Made by a program: the position numbers and the translations under genes
In this document: one piece after another, positions 40,329 to 50,504 of the stretch
How the letters are laid out: each line of letters opens with the position of its first letter
Position numbering within the stretch: position 1 is the first letter of the stretch
Notes under the pieces: generated by a model
The model's input: only the letters and a program-made list of their open reading frames with translations
Told to the model about the DNA's origin: nothing
Databases searched by the model: none
From: Flavobacteriales bacterium
GTDB taxonomy: Bacteria > Bacteroidota > Bacteroidia > Flavobacteriales_F > PHOS-HE28
Length of the DNA stretch: 64,000 bases
Reading direction: 5' to 3'
Assembly: GCA_035325445.1 (NCBI GenBank)
Contig: DAOKZW010000006.1
Span: 23,776 to 87,775 of the forward strand

Positions 40329-40504
40329 CACACGTTTGGCGCAATGGGGGCCGACCCGGTTCACTGAAAGCTTGTGCTTCTGTTGTAAATTCGTGTTGGC
40401 TGACGATTTAGTTTTCCAAAATCCCCACTGCCCCGAGCGTGGGAACGTTAGTAGTGAACACGTTGGCCCGATACACATCGGGCCGATAGGTATCGGACGC
40501 TCCC

Positions 40505-42178
40505 CTATCCCAATTCCTTGAAGTAATTCCGCAGCACCTGGGGCGAAACCTCCGCATCCGTCTTCACCACCAGCACCGCCGGTTTTTCGTGGGGCTTGTA
40601 TAGCTCCTGCAGCGCCGCTTGCAGCGTGGCGCCATCATGGGCTTCGTAGCACGCCAGGCCGTAGCTCTTCACCAAGGCGGGGATGTCGCGGCCATGCGGT
40701 GACTCGAACCAGGGCAGCAATTCGGGGTCCTTGTCGGGCCCTTCGATGTAGCGGAAGATGTTGCCGCCGCCGTTGTCGATCACGATCACGCGCAGGTCGG
40801 GCGAGAGATACTTGTTCCAGAAGGCATTGCTGTCGTAGCAGAAGGCCACGTCGCCGGTGATGAGGGTGGTGGGCCTGCCGGTGGCATGGGCCGCGCCCAC
40901 GGCGGTGCTGGTGCAACCGTCTATGCCGCTGGTGCCGCGGTTGCTGAAGAAGCGCAGGCCGCGTGTGCGATCAAGAAGCTGCACGTAGCGCGCCGCCGTG
41001 CTGTTGGCCAGGTGTACGTCGCTGCCTTCGGGGATCCTTTCCAGCAAAGCCTGGAACACGGTGAGGTCGCAGTAGGGCGCTTTCTTCAACAGGCCGTCGT
41101 GTGCCTCGCGCATGCGTTGGGCCACCATGCGCCACGCCTCGGCGTAGAGGCTTTCGTTGGGCTTCACCTGCCCTTCCATCTGCGCCAGGAATATGTGCGG
41201 CGCCACGGCGATGTCGTGCGTGAGGCTCTGGAAGGTGTCGTAGTGCCGCCGCTCCTCGTCGATGTGCCAATGCTGGGCAGGCTTCCATTTGCGCAGCAGG
41301 CCCTTGATGCGCTTGCTGACAATGGCCCCGCCGAAGGTGATCAGGATGTCCGGCTTCAGGTCCTTCTCGTTGCCATCGTTCACGCCTTCCAAGGTGCGGT
41401 CGATGCAGGTGATGAAGGCCTCATCATCCAAGTTGGACGTGGCCTCGGTGAGTACCGTACACTGCGGGAGTTTGGCCCATTGCTTCAGTTGGGCCTTGAA
41501 GGCATCGCCCCAGTAGCCCTGGCCCACCAGCACCATCACCTTCAGGCTTTGGGAGAACTGTTGGCCCCGCCATCCCTTGTCGGGCAGCATGAAGGAAGCC
41601 ACGGGCATGGGGGCGATCAGGCGCAGGTCCTGGGTGTCATCCGTGCGGCCGTAGAGCGGTTCGGCGAAGGGTACATTCACCTGCACGGGGCCCGGCACGG
41701 GCAGCAGGGTGGCATCGATGGCGGCATTGATCAAGCGGCCGGCATGCCACCTCGCCAGATCGTCCGTGGCGCGCGGCAACTGCACGCTCCGCTTCAGGTG
41801 CGGTGCCAGGACATGCTGTTGACGGATGGTCTGCCCCTCGCCCTGATCGATCCACTCCTCGGGCCTGTCGGCGCTGATCACCAGCAGGGGTATGCGCTGG
41901 TAGAAGGCCTCGGCCACGGCCGGGCCGTAGTTGAGCACGGCGCTGCCGCTGGTGCAGATGAGGGCCACGGGCCGGTGCAGTTGCTGGGCCATGCCCAAGG
42001 CGAAGAAGGCCGCGCTGCGCTCATCGATCACCTGCAAGCAGGTGATGCCGGCTTGTTGTTGGAAGGCGATCACCAGCGGCGCGTTGCGCGAGCCGGGGCT
42101 GATGACCGCGTGGGTAACGCCCTTTTCGGCACAGAGCCGGGCCAGTGCAGCGGCGGTGAAGTGGTCCGTTGTCGGCAT
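40505..42178 (-). CDS. menD: 2-succinyl-5-enolpyruvyl-6-hydroxy-3-cyclohexene-1-carboxylate synthase
   Basis: TPP-enzyme pattern (VISPGSRNAPL ... GTSGIDG). 557 aa. In the men cluster. Confidence 0.85.
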   Translation of the reverse strand: MPTTDHFTAAALARLCAEKGVTHAVISPGSRNAPLVIAFQQQAGITCLQVIDERSAAFFALGMAQQLHRPVALICTSGSAVLNYGPAVAEAFYQRIPLLVISADRPEEWIDQGEGQTIRQQHVLAPHLKRSVQLPRATDDLARWHAGRLINAAIDATLLPVPGPVQVNVPFAEPLYGRTDDTQDLRLIAPMPVASFMLPDKGWRGQQFSQSLKVMVLVGQGYWGDAFKAQLKQWAKLPQCTVLTEATSNLDDEAFITCIDRTLEGVNDGNEKDLKPDILITFGGAIVSKRIKGLLRKWKPAQHWHIDEERRHYDTFQSLTHDIAVAPHIFLAQMEGQVKPNESLYAEAWRMVAQRMREAHDGLLKKAPYCDLTVFQALLERIPEGSDVHLANSTAARYVQLLDRTRGLRFFSNRGTSGIDGCTSTAVGAAHATGRPTTLITGDVAFCYDSNAFWNKYLSPDLRVIVIDNGGGNIFRYIEGPDKDPELLPWFESPHGRDIPALVKSYGLACYEAHDGATLQAALQELYKPHEKPAVLVVKTDAEVSPQVLRNYFKELG

Positions 42179-42181
42179 GGT

Positions 42182-43291
42182 TCAATTCGCTTGGGCACCG
42201 TTTTCCAGGGCCCGCAGCCAAGTACGGGCTTTCCGTTCGGTTTCCGTCCATTCCATTGCGGGGTCGCTTCCTGCGGTGATCCCGGCGCCCACCATCAATT
42301 GCGCCCCGCCGCCCTTCAGGCGCATGCAGCGCAGGTTGACGAACAGCTCGGTGGTGCCATCCATATTCCAAGGCCCCCAAAAACCGGCATACAAGGAGCG
42401 GTCATGTCCTTCGTGGTGCCGGATGAAGCGCCGGGCCTTATCATTGGGTGTCCCGCAAACGGCCGGTGTGGGATGCAGACGCGACACCAAAGTCGCCAAC
42501 GAGGTTCCGTGCAGTTCGGCCTCCAGAACGGTGTGCAGGTGCGCCACGGGGCCGGCCTTGAGCACCTGCGGCCCTTGGACCTTGGTGCCATGCATCCGCA
42601 GTTCGGCGAAGAGGTCCCGCAGGTACTCCGTGACCCGCGCCTGTTCGTCCAACTCTTTTTCCCCCCACTCTCTGATCGTTGGCGGAACGGCCTCCACGGG
42701 GCGCGTGGCCGCGATGGAGTCGACCCGGACATGGTCGCCCGATGCCTTCACGAGCCGTTCCGGCGAGGCTCCCATCCATAGGCCATGTTCAGGCGTGCAG
42801 GCCATGGCCACCAAGGTATGCGGGTTGTCCTGCATGGCCCAGATGAACAGGTCGGGCCAGCTGGATGCCGGGATATCGGCCTCCTTTACACGGGAAAGCA
42901 CCACCTTGCCCAACCGCCCTTCGGCACAGGCCTGCTTGGCGGCGTCCACCGCATCCATGAACTCCTGTTTGCCGGTCGGTGCATCCGTCGGGTCGGGCAT
43001 CCCGTCGCTTCCCCGGCACGCCTGCAGCCCAGTGCCCTCCTCTTCGTGGGCCGTGAAAGTCAGCTCCACATCGGCGCGTATGAAAGGGATCCGTTGCGGA
43101 TCGATGGTGAACGGGGCCACGACGAACACTTTTTCCAAGGCTGCAAGCCCGGGCCAGTCGGCCCCCTCCGTTCCTGGCCCCACCTGGGCCCAAATGCGCA
43201 CGGAACCGCCGGGCGTCCGGAAGGCGGCGAACGTCAGCCGCTCCCGGATGCACAACGCGAGCGCTTCCTGCAACCCGGGAAAGAGGCTCAT
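42182..43291 (-). CDS. menF: isochorismate synthase
   Basis: Chorismate-binding C-terminal domain (GGAQLMVGAGITAGSDPAMEWTETERK). Start MSLFPGLQE overlaps the thioesterase stop (ATGA 43288-43291). Confidence 0.8.
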   Translation of the reverse strand: MSLFPGLQEALALCIRERLTFAAFRTPGGSVRIWAQVGPGTEGADWPGLAALEKVFVVAPFTIDPQRIPFIRADVELTFTAHEEEGTGLQACRGSDGMPDPTDAPTGKQEFMDAVDAAKQACAEGRLGKVVLSRVKEADIPASSWPDLFIWAMQDNPHTLVAMACTPEHGLWMGASPERLVKASGDHVRVDSIAATRPVEAVPPTIREWGEKELDEQARVTEYLRDLFAELRMHGTKVQGPQVLKAGPVAHLHTVLEAELHGTSLATLVSRLHPTPAVCGTPNDKARRFIRHHEGHDRSLYAGFWGPWNMDGTTELFVNLRCMRLKGGGAQLMVGAGITAGSDPAMEWTETERKARTWLRALENGAQAN

Positions 43292-43707
43292 GCCCGCTTG
43301 GTGATCACCATGTTGGTCAAACGGCAAACCGCCACCAGTTCGCCCGCTTCGTTGGTCACCCGGATATCCCACACATGCGTGGTGCGCCCCCTGTGGAGCA
43401 GGGTTCCCGTGGCCTTGACCCGTCCCGACGTGGCGCTTTTAAGATGGTTCGCGTTCAGCTCAATGCCCACCACGGCCTGCGTACCCAGGTCGACCAGCAT
43501 GGCGGACCCCATGCTGCCCAAGGTCTCAGCCAAGGCGGCGGTGGCACCGCCATGCAGCAGGCCCATAGGCTGTTTGGTACGATGGTCCACCGGCATGGTG
43601 GCCGAAAAGGTCCCTTCGGGGCTGGGCACGAACTCAATGCCCAAGTGGGACACCATGTTCTCTTTTTGGATGGCGTTGGCCCACGCGATCTGCTTCTCCG
43701 TGAACAT
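43288..43707 (-). CDS. hotdog-fold thioesterase (PaaI-like), probable 1,4-dihydroxy-2-naphthoyl-CoA hydrolase
   Basis: PaaI signature GLLHGGATAALAETLGS. Start at MFTEKQIAW. Upstream of menF. Confidence 0.6.
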   Translation of the reverse strand: MFTEKQIAWANAIQKENMVSHLGIEFVPSPEGTFSATMPVDHRTKQPMGLLHGGATAALAETLGSMGSAMLVDLGTQAVVGIELNANHLKSATSGRVKATGTLLHRGRTTHVWDIRVTNEAGELVAVCRLTNMVITKRA

Positions 43708-43779
43708 GGCGCGAAAGTACTCCGTGCACCCGCGGATGGAAGATCGGGGAAAGTTCGGCCCAAGGCCGATCTTTGCACC

Positions 43780-44544
43780 ATGAAAGGGCTGGATCCAACT
43801 GACAAGGCGCAAGGCAGCTCACCGGTTGACGAGGCGGATGCCGGGGGTGCCAAGGCCAAGAAGCGCCTGTTGCTGGTGGAGGACGAGGAATCGCTTCGCT
43901 CCACGCTGCGGATGAACTTCGAGCTGGAAGGGTATACGGTGACCACGGCGGTTCGGGGTGGCGAGGCCTTGGATCGGATCAGGGGTGCGCGATTCGACGG
44001 CATCGTGCTGGATGTTATGCTGCCTGACGTTGACGGCTTCACCATTTGTGAGACGATCCGTTTGGAGGGTGACCGGACCCCTGTTCTATTCCTGACGGCC
44101 CGCACCAATGCTGCGGACCGTGTGCGTGGCTTGCGTGCCGGCGATGATTTCCTGGCCAAGCCCTTCGACCTGCAGGAGTTGCTGCTTCGCGTGGAGAAGC
44201 TGGTGAGCCGCGCGGACGAGGGCAGCACGGCGGCGGCCCCCGCACACATCGAGTTCGGCAGCAACACCGTGGATTTCGTCACTTACAAGATCAGCGGGCA
44301 GCGGGGGCTGAAGAAGCGGCTTACCCAGCGCGAGATGCTGCTGTTGCGCCTGCTCACCGAGCGGGCTGGCGAAGTGGTCTCCCGTGAAGAGATCCTGCAG
44401 AAAGTTTGGGGCTACGATGTGTTCCCCACCACCCGGACCATTGACAACTTCATCGTTTCCTTCCGGAAATACTTCGAGTCCAACCCGCACGATCCCAAGC
44501 ACTTCCGGTCCATCCGGGGCGTTGGATACACCTTTATGCCATAA
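43780..44544 (+). CDS. OmpR-family response regulator
   Basis: Receiver domain (LLVEDEESL ... DGIVLDVMLPDVDGF ... LTAR) and winged-helix C-terminus (RIRGVGYTF). Start ATG verified at 43780. The 135-aa upstream extension in the ORF track is rejected. Confidence 0.85.
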   Translation: MKGLDPTDKAQGSSPVDEADAGGAKAKKRLLLVEDEESLRSTLRMNFELEGYTVTTAVRGGEALDRIRGARFDGIVLDVMLPDVDGFTICETIRLEGDRTPVLFLTARTNAADRVRGLRAGDDFLAKPFDLQELLLRVEKLVSRADEGSTAAAPAHIEFGSNTVDFVTYKISGQRGLKKRLTQREMLLLRLLTERAGEVVSREEILQKVWGYDVFPTTRTIDNFIVSFRKYFESNPHDPKHFRSIRGVGYTFMP

Positions 44545-44646
44545 TTTTCTTCGGCCAGAGGCAACCGAACCGGCCCTCCCTCGTCTTGTATTCAGATTCG
44601 AGGGTTTTCCTTTGATCTGGTTCCTAATCCTTGCAGGTTTACCGCG

Positions 44647-44679
44647 CAGGGGCCCGAAATGGGCCCCTGTTCGGTTTTT
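44647..44679. terminator. stem-loop terminator between the convergent response-regulator and nuclease genes
   Basis: CAGGGGCCC-gaaat-GGGCCCCTG followed by TTCGGTTTTT. Confidence 0.6.
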
Positions 44680-44695
44680 AGGGGGCGCCACGCCT

Positions 44696-47449
44696 TCAAT
44701 CCCCTGCCTCCGCCAAGCAAAACGCACAGTATTTGCTCTCCGGATCATGCTCCACGGGCAATGCTGGATCCATCATCTCCTTCACCGCCTGGGCCAGCAG
44801 GCCCGCCATGGCCGGCAAGTCATCCCGCGTGATGGTGTCCCGCCCTCCCACTTGCAGCAGCAGGGGCTTGTTGCTTTCGCCGGTTTGAAGGGGCAGGATA
44901 CCGGCCTGCAACGCCTGCACATCTGGATGCCGCTTCAAATAGAGCCACGCGTACACCATCAATTGGGCGGCGTAGCGTTTGCTTCCTTTCAGGTCCTTCA
45001 AGTCCCATCCGCCCACCTTCAAGTCCTCCTCCTTCACCCGGCCCGTCTTCAGGTCCAGGATGCGCACCATTTGGCCGAGCTTGTCCACCCGGTCCAAGCG
45101 CCCTTGGATCCTCACCGTTGAGCCGATGGCCTCGGTGGCCTCCTGCAAAACGGCATCAAGGCCCAGCTCTTGGGCCAGCACCGTGACCTGTGCCCCGGCA
45201 CGCAATTCCGCCACCTCGTTCAACAGGAAACGGCGCGCGGCATGCAGGGCCATGTGGAACTGCAGCATCGGTTGGCCTTGCGTCAATTGGTCCACGTGCA
45301 GCTTCTTCCCCAACTCGGCAGTGAGCCTTTCCTGCAGCCCCACGACCGCCTTTTCCAATTCCTCCGCCACCAGCTGCCTTCCGAGGAAAGGTTCCAGTAC
45401 GCCCTCCATGGCATTGTGCAGGGCCTCGCCCAGCACGTTGGCCGCGATCCGCGCATCATGCTCATCACTTTCCTTCAGGCGCAACACCTGCTTGAAGTGG
45501 AAATCGAGAGGACATCGCAACCAATCGCCCAAGGCCGATGGCGACAGGCCCTTGTCCAACCTTCTTCGCAAGGCCTCCAGCACGGCGTCGTCCTTGCGCA
45601 CCTTCACGGCCACCGGCGCCGGGACCGCCAGGCCCGTACGTGCCTCGCGCACCTCCATGGCCTGGTCCCGCTCCTTGAACAATTCGTGCTGCAACTGCAT
45701 GATGAAGCGGCTCGGCCCGCCTCCTTCATCCTCTTCGGGCCAGACCAGGGTGGCGCTTTCGCAGCGCTGCAACATGCGCATGAAATTGTAGGCCTGAACG
45801 GCATCGGTCTCGTCGCGCATGGGCATGGCATGCCCGCGGCGCAGCTCGAACGGTATATAGCTGCGTTCCGTGGTGTTGGCGGGCAGCACGCCTTCCTTGG
45901 CCCCCAGCAGGATGAGGTGCCCGGTATCCAAGGCCCTGGCCTCGAGCATGCCCATCACCTGCACGCCGGCCAGGGGTTCGCCATAGAAGCCGATGCGGGC
46001 ACCCGCCAGCAGGCGGCGGAACACGGTGGCATAGGCCTTCACGTCCAACTGGTGGCCATAGCGGTCCAGCATCAGGTGCACGCGCTGCAGCACACGCGAC
46101 GCCTGGAAGATCTGCTCCAACGCGAAGCCGTCCCCGGCCATCGCCTTCATGGCCCATGCCAACGCCCTGGCCGTAACGTCCGGCATGAAACGGGCCACAT
46201 CCTCCATTTCGATGAAAACGCCCTCTGCCTCGGGGAACAGGCCGCTTTTGCCGAACGCTTCACGCAGAAAGGCGGCATCGTGATAAGGCCGCTGCTTCCT
46301 GCGCACCTCGGCAAGCACTTCGATCATGGCCTTCCCGCGGTTTTTGTCACGCAGGAACGGGTGGCCCAGCAAGCGCTCCAGGTCCTTCAGGAAAAAGCCT
46401 TGCCCCGGCCTTGCCCCCGCGAACAGCTGGTGCAAGGCCTCGAGGAAAGAGCCCACCGGCAACTGCGCGGCAGGCAGGCCCATGGTGATGTTGAACGGCC
46501 CCAGCTCCCGCGGCAGGGCCTCGAGCAGGGGCGGCAACAGGCTTTCGTCCGCCAAGACCAGGGTGGTGGCGTTCCGTTCCTCCGTCTTGGCCTGCTTCAG
46601 CAGTTCGGCGGCACACCAGGCCTGCGCCACGTTGTTGGGGGCACGCACGGCCTTGATCCGCCCGGTATCACCGGAAAACCCGTCATCGAGCGGGATGACG
46701 CCGGGTCCGAATTCGCCGATGGCCTTGCGCAAATAGTGGCCCGCCTCCTGCACGCCCCCCTCCACATAATAACGGTCCCCTTCCCAGGCCATTCGGGCCA
46801 GGCCATTGCCGCGGAAGATGCGCACCACGGCGGCCTGGGCCGGCGTGAATGCGTTCAGGCCCGCGAACCACACGGCCTTCCAGCGGGACCGGCCCTGCTT
46901 GGCCCCTGCCACGGCGGTCCGTTCGATCAGCCCGCTGGTACCCGCTCCCAGCTCCAGCAACCGCGTGTTCAGCGCGGCGTGCAGCCTGCCCACCATGGCC
47001 CAGTACCGGATCATCCGATACTGCCCCGGGCTCAGGTCCTGGTCCTTGAAGGTCCACTCGATATCCTCCCACATCCGCAGGTCGCGGTAGTAGGTATCCA
47101 GGTTCACCAAGTGTGCGTCCGCCTCACTGATATCGGCCAGGGCTGTATTGCCCCATCGCAGGAAATCACCCAAGGGTTGCGCACCCTCGCCTTCGGCCTT
47201 GCGGTAGGCTTCATACCCTTCAAAGAGCAGTTCTTCGTTGGCCAACGGGCGCAATCCGGAGAGCTCTTCCATAAAGGTTCCTATGGTGAACAACTGGGGG
47301 CTCCACTGGGCTTTTCCCGTGTCTTCGGCGATCCATTTGCGCAGGTACAGGCCTGCCCGCTGGCTGGGCAGTACCACCGCCACGTCGCGTAACCCATCGG
47401 GGTGCTCCTTGATGATGGCCTTGGCCACTTTCCGCAGGAATGGTTCCAT
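44696..47449 (-). CDS. AddB-like PD-(D/E)XK nuclease family protein (inactive-helicase N-terminus + RecB-type nuclease C-terminus)
   Basis: C-terminal nuclease motif RIDRVDKL...ILDLKTGRVK...QLMVYAWL. Start set at MEPFLRKVAKAI. Confidence 0.65.
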   Translation of the reverse strand: MEPFLRKVAKAIIKEHPDGLRDVAVVLPSQRAGLYLRKWIAEDTGKAQWSPQLFTIGTFMEELSGLRPLANEELLFEGYEAYRKAEGEGAQPLGDFLRWGNTALADISEADAHLVNLDTYYRDLRMWEDIEWTFKDQDLSPGQYRMIRYWAMVGRLHAALNTRLLELGAGTSGLIERTAVAGAKQGRSRWKAVWFAGLNAFTPAQAAVVRIFRGNGLARMAWEGDRYYVEGGVQEAGHYLRKAIGEFGPGVIPLDDGFSGDTGRIKAVRAPNNVAQAWCAAELLKQAKTEERNATTLVLADESLLPPLLEALPRELGPFNITMGLPAAQLPVGSFLEALHQLFAGARPGQGFFLKDLERLLGHPFLRDKNRGKAMIEVLAEVRRKQRPYHDAAFLREAFGKSGLFPEAEGVFIEMEDVARFMPDVTARALAWAMKAMAGDGFALEQIFQASRVLQRVHLMLDRYGHQLDVKAYATVFRRLLAGARIGFYGEPLAGVQVMGMLEARALDTGHLILLGAKEGVLPANTTERSYIPFELRRGHAMPMRDETDAVQAYNFMRMLQRCESATLVWPEEDEGGGPSRFIMQLQHELFKERDQAMEVREARTGLAVPAPVAVKVRKDDAVLEALRRRLDKGLSPSALGDWLRCPLDFHFKQVLRLKESDEHDARIAANVLGEALHNAMEGVLEPFLGRQLVAEELEKAVVGLQERLTAELGKKLHVDQLTQGQPMLQFHMALHAARRFLLNEVAELRAGAQVTVLAQELGLDAVLQEATEAIGSTVRIQGRLDRVDKLGQMVRILDLKTGRVKEEDLKVGGWDLKDLKGSKRYAAQLMVYAWLYLKRHPDVQALQAGILPLQTGESNKPLLLQVGGRDTITRDDLPAMAGLLAQAVKEMMDPALPVEHDPESKYCAFCLAEAGD

Positions 47450-47816
47450 ATCCACTATTGGCGTTCCGTTCAGATGAACGGCCTGGCTGGCCGATCTTTG
47501 CGCAAAGTAGCCCGCGATGGATGATCCGCTGTTCCCGTTGTACCGCCGCTCCATCAATGGATTGAATTGGTACCGGATCGATTCGCCCACGGCGGTGACC
47601 GAGGTGCAGCGCGTGGGGAGCCGGCATGTGGTACACCGCTTGGAGGCCATTGCCTATCCGGAACAGGTGCGGGTGCTGTCGTTGATCGACATGCACGACG
47701 GGCATGTGGAGGAGTGCCCTGCCGAGGAGGTGGAGGAGTTGATCGATCGATCGGGCCGCCAAGGTTGAGCAACCTTCAATCAGGTGCATCGTATCGCCGT
47801 ACATTGCCGTCTCTCC

Positions 47817-49946
47817 ATGAAGATGCGCCATCTCCTGCTTTCCATATTGTTGGCCCTGGCCATGCCGGCATGGGCCACGCACATCCTGGGCGGGGAGATG
47901 TACTATACCTACTTGGGGAACGACAATTACCAAGTGACGCTGCGGCTTTACCGGGATTGCGGCCCGGACAACACGAACAACACCGCGTTGGACGTGACGG
48001 CCGCCATCGGCGTGTTCAACAGTGCGGGGGTACTGGTGAACACGGTCACCTTCACGCTTCCCTTTGAGACGACCATGCCCGTGGTGACGGGCAATCCCTG
48101 TTTGACCGCCCCGCCGAACATCTGCACCCGGCAAGGGGTGTACACAGGCATTATCCATCTGCCTTCGGGCACTGGCGGCTACACCTTGGCCTATCAGCGT
48201 TGCTGTCGCAGCCCGGCCATGTTCAACATTGTGAACAGCCCCAACCAGCAGGGCATGACCTGCACCATCCAGGTGCCCGACCCTGCGGTGCATGGGCCCA
48301 ACAGCTCGCCATCCTTTGATGATGACCCGCCGATGGTGCTGTGCCTTGACCAGACCACGGCCTTGGACCAACTGGCCACCGATGCCGACGGCGACTCGCT
48401 GGCGTATGCGCTCTGCGCTCCCTTGGACGGAGGCAACTCCATCAACCCGATGCCCGTGCCGCCCGCTGCCCCGCCGTATTCTTCCGTGATCTGGGCGCCC
48501 GGCTACTCCACACAAAACCAGTTGAACTCGGTGCCGCCCATGTCCTTCGGGAACGACAATGGCGTCCTGACCCTGCACCCCACGACCATCGGCAATTTCG
48601 CCGTGAGCATCTGCGTAAGCGAATACCGTAATGGTGTGCTGCTGAGCCAGGTGATCCGCGATTTCCGTTTCCTGGTGGTGCCCTGCTTCCAGTCGTTCAC
48701 CTCGGCCTTTGCCGAACAGGACGACCATTGCAACGGGCTTGTGGTGAACATGCAGAACCAGAGCACGGGCGCGGTGGCCTACCACTGGGACTTCGGCGTG
48801 CCGGGCACCGATGCCGATACATCCAACCTGCCCGCACCTTCGTTCACCTATCCGGCACCGGGTTCATACACCATCACATTGGTGGCCAATCCGGGATGGC
48901 CCTGCGCGGACACTTCGCAACATGTTTTCACCGTTAGCGACCCCTTGGAGGTATCCTTTATTGCCCCGCCCACGCTTTGCGCCGACCAGCTTCCGCTATC
49001 CTTGACGGCGCACGGCAATTTCTCCCCGGATGCCGACCTGCTCTGGGACTTGGGCACCGGCACATCACCGGACATGCACAGTGCCAACACCACGATCGAT
49101 TGGCCCACCTTGGGCAGCCATGCCGTATCGATCAGCGTCACGGACAATGGCTGCAACGCCAGCTACACCGACAGCATCCGCATCTTCCCCCTGCCCGACC
49201 CCGTGTTCGGCGTGGAGCCGCATGGGTGCATACCGTTCGGGCCCGTGTTCACCAACGGTTCATCCGCCTGGACACCCATGCAATTCCTGTGGGATTTCGG
49301 CGACGGCACGACCAGCACGGACAGCCTGCCCGTGCATACCTACGCCACGCCCGGCCTCTACACGGTATCCCTCACCACCAGCACGAACAGCGGCTGCATT
49401 GCATCCACGACCCTGGTGCAGCAGGGGGCGGTGGACGCTTGGCCCCTGCCCGTGGCCATGGCCACGGCCATTCCCAACGTGACATCGGTCCTTGAGCCCG
49501 ACGTGGTGTTCACGGACCATTCCACCGATGCGGTGCAATGGGACTTCATCGTTGAGGGCATCCATTACGACACCACCTCCTTTACGCACACCTTCAGCGA
49601 TGCCGGTTGGTACACGGCCCTGCTGACGGTATTCACCGACATGGGTTGCATGGACACCACCACCGTCCGCGTGTTCATCGGCGACCACTTGTTCTTTGCC
49701 CCGACGGCCTTCACGCCCAACGGTGACGACATGAACGAGGTGTGGAAGCCCAGCGTGAAGGGTGCGCGCCTGTACAGCTTGGACATCTTCAACCGCTGGG
49801 GCGAAGTGGTCTTCAGCACCACCGACCCCGAGCAGGGATGGGATGGCAAGGGCGCAACGCCCGGCATCTATGCCTACAAGGCATGGCTCACGGAGTGGGG
49901 ACCTTTGGAGAAGGAGTACAACGGCTCCTTCGTGTTGATCAGGTAG
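47817..49946 (+). CDS. T9SS type-B sorting-domain protein with PKD-like repeats
   Basis: Signal MKMRHLLLSILLALAMPAWA. Repeated W.FGDGT PKD signatures. C-terminal FFAPTAFTPNGDDMNEVW...NRWGEVVF sorting domain. Confidence 0.8.
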   Translation: MKMRHLLLSILLALAMPAWATHILGGEMYYTYLGNDNYQVTLRLYRDCGPDNTNNTALDVTAAIGVFNSAGVLVNTVTFTLPFETTMPVVTGNPCLTAPPNICTRQGVYTGIIHLPSGTGGYTLAYQRCCRSPAMFNIVNSPNQQGMTCTIQVPDPAVHGPNSSPSFDDDPPMVLCLDQTTALDQLATDADGDSLAYALCAPLDGGNSINPMPVPPAAPPYSSVIWAPGYSTQNQLNSVPPMSFGNDNGVLTLHPTTIGNFAVSICVSEYRNGVLLSQVIRDFRFLVVPCFQSFTSAFAEQDDHCNGLVVNMQNQSTGAVAYHWDFGVPGTDADTSNLPAPSFTYPAPGSYTITLVANPGWPCADTSQHVFTVSDPLEVSFIAPPTLCADQLPLSLTAHGNFSPDADLLWDLGTGTSPDMHSANTTIDWPTLGSHAVSISVTDNGCNASYTDSIRIFPLPDPVFGVEPHGCIPFGPVFTNGSSAWTPMQFLWDFGDGTTSTDSLPVHTYATPGLYTVSLTTSTNSGCIASTTLVQQGAVDAWPLPVAMATAIPNVTSVLEPDVVFTDHSTDAVQWDFIVEGIHYDTTSFTHTFSDAGWYTALLTVFTDMGCMDTTTVRVFIGDHLFFAPTAFTPNGDDMNEVWKPSVKGARLYSLDIFNRWGEVVFSTTDPEQGWDGKGATPGIYAYKAWLTEWGPLEKEYNGSFVLIR

Positions 49947-50036
49947 GCCCGCATTGCTTCTTCCCACCGGATATTTCTCCTACAGGAAGTGTCGGGGACC
50001 AAGGGCAAACAAACCGGTCCGTTTCCGGCCTTCGCC

Positions 50037-50504
50037 TTACATCCCGGCGCGCACCATATCCACGTGCGGGATGCCGTCCAGCATGTACTCCGGTCCTTTG
50101 CTGACATAGCCTGAGCGCCGGTAGAAATCCTGCAGATGGGCCTGCGCAGCCAATGCCGACCGCCTGCTTCCATGCAGGCGCCCCAATGCTTCCAGGGTTT
50201 CCTCCATCAGCCGGTGGCCGAGTCCCCGGCCCCGGTGCCCCGGGGCCACCACGACCCGGCCGATGTGCGGCATGCCGTCCTCATCGGGAGGCAGTATGCG
50301 GGCGTAGGCCACCACGCTCCCATCAGCCTTCCGGCCCATGACGTGCCACGCATCGGGATCCAGCCCATCGAGCTCGGGATAGGGGCAATCCTGCTCCACC
50401 ACGAAAACATCCACGCGCAAGCGGATGATGTCATGCAACAAACGGCCATCCAGCCCGCTGAAGGGCATCACCGACCAGGCCACCTCCTCCATCGCCTCAT
50501 GCAT
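50037..50504 (-). CDS. GNAT-family N-acetyltransferase
   Basis: Acetyl-CoA binding motif VAPGHRGRGLGHRLME. Start uncertain (50492-50528). Confidence 0.7.
   Translation of the reverse strand: MHEAMEEVAWSVMPFSGLDGRLLHDIIRLRVDVFVVEQDCPYPELDGLDPDAWHVMGRKADGSVVAYARILPPDEDGMPHIGRVVVAPGHRGRGLGHRLMEETLEALGRLHGSRRSALAAQAHLQDFYRRSGYVSKGPEYMLDGIPHVDMVRAGM

Noticed and set aside
40440-40504. Hairpins GCCCGAT-ACAC-ATCGGGC and CGATA-GG-TATCG downstream of menD as a terminator
   Set aside because: Short stems with no following T-run on the menD (minus) strand. They could equally be islet-boundary sequence, so not called.
43375-43779. 135-aa N-terminal extension of the response-regulator ORF
   Set aside because: Overlaps the thioesterase gene on the other strand. 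The receiver domain begins shortly after the ATG at 43780.
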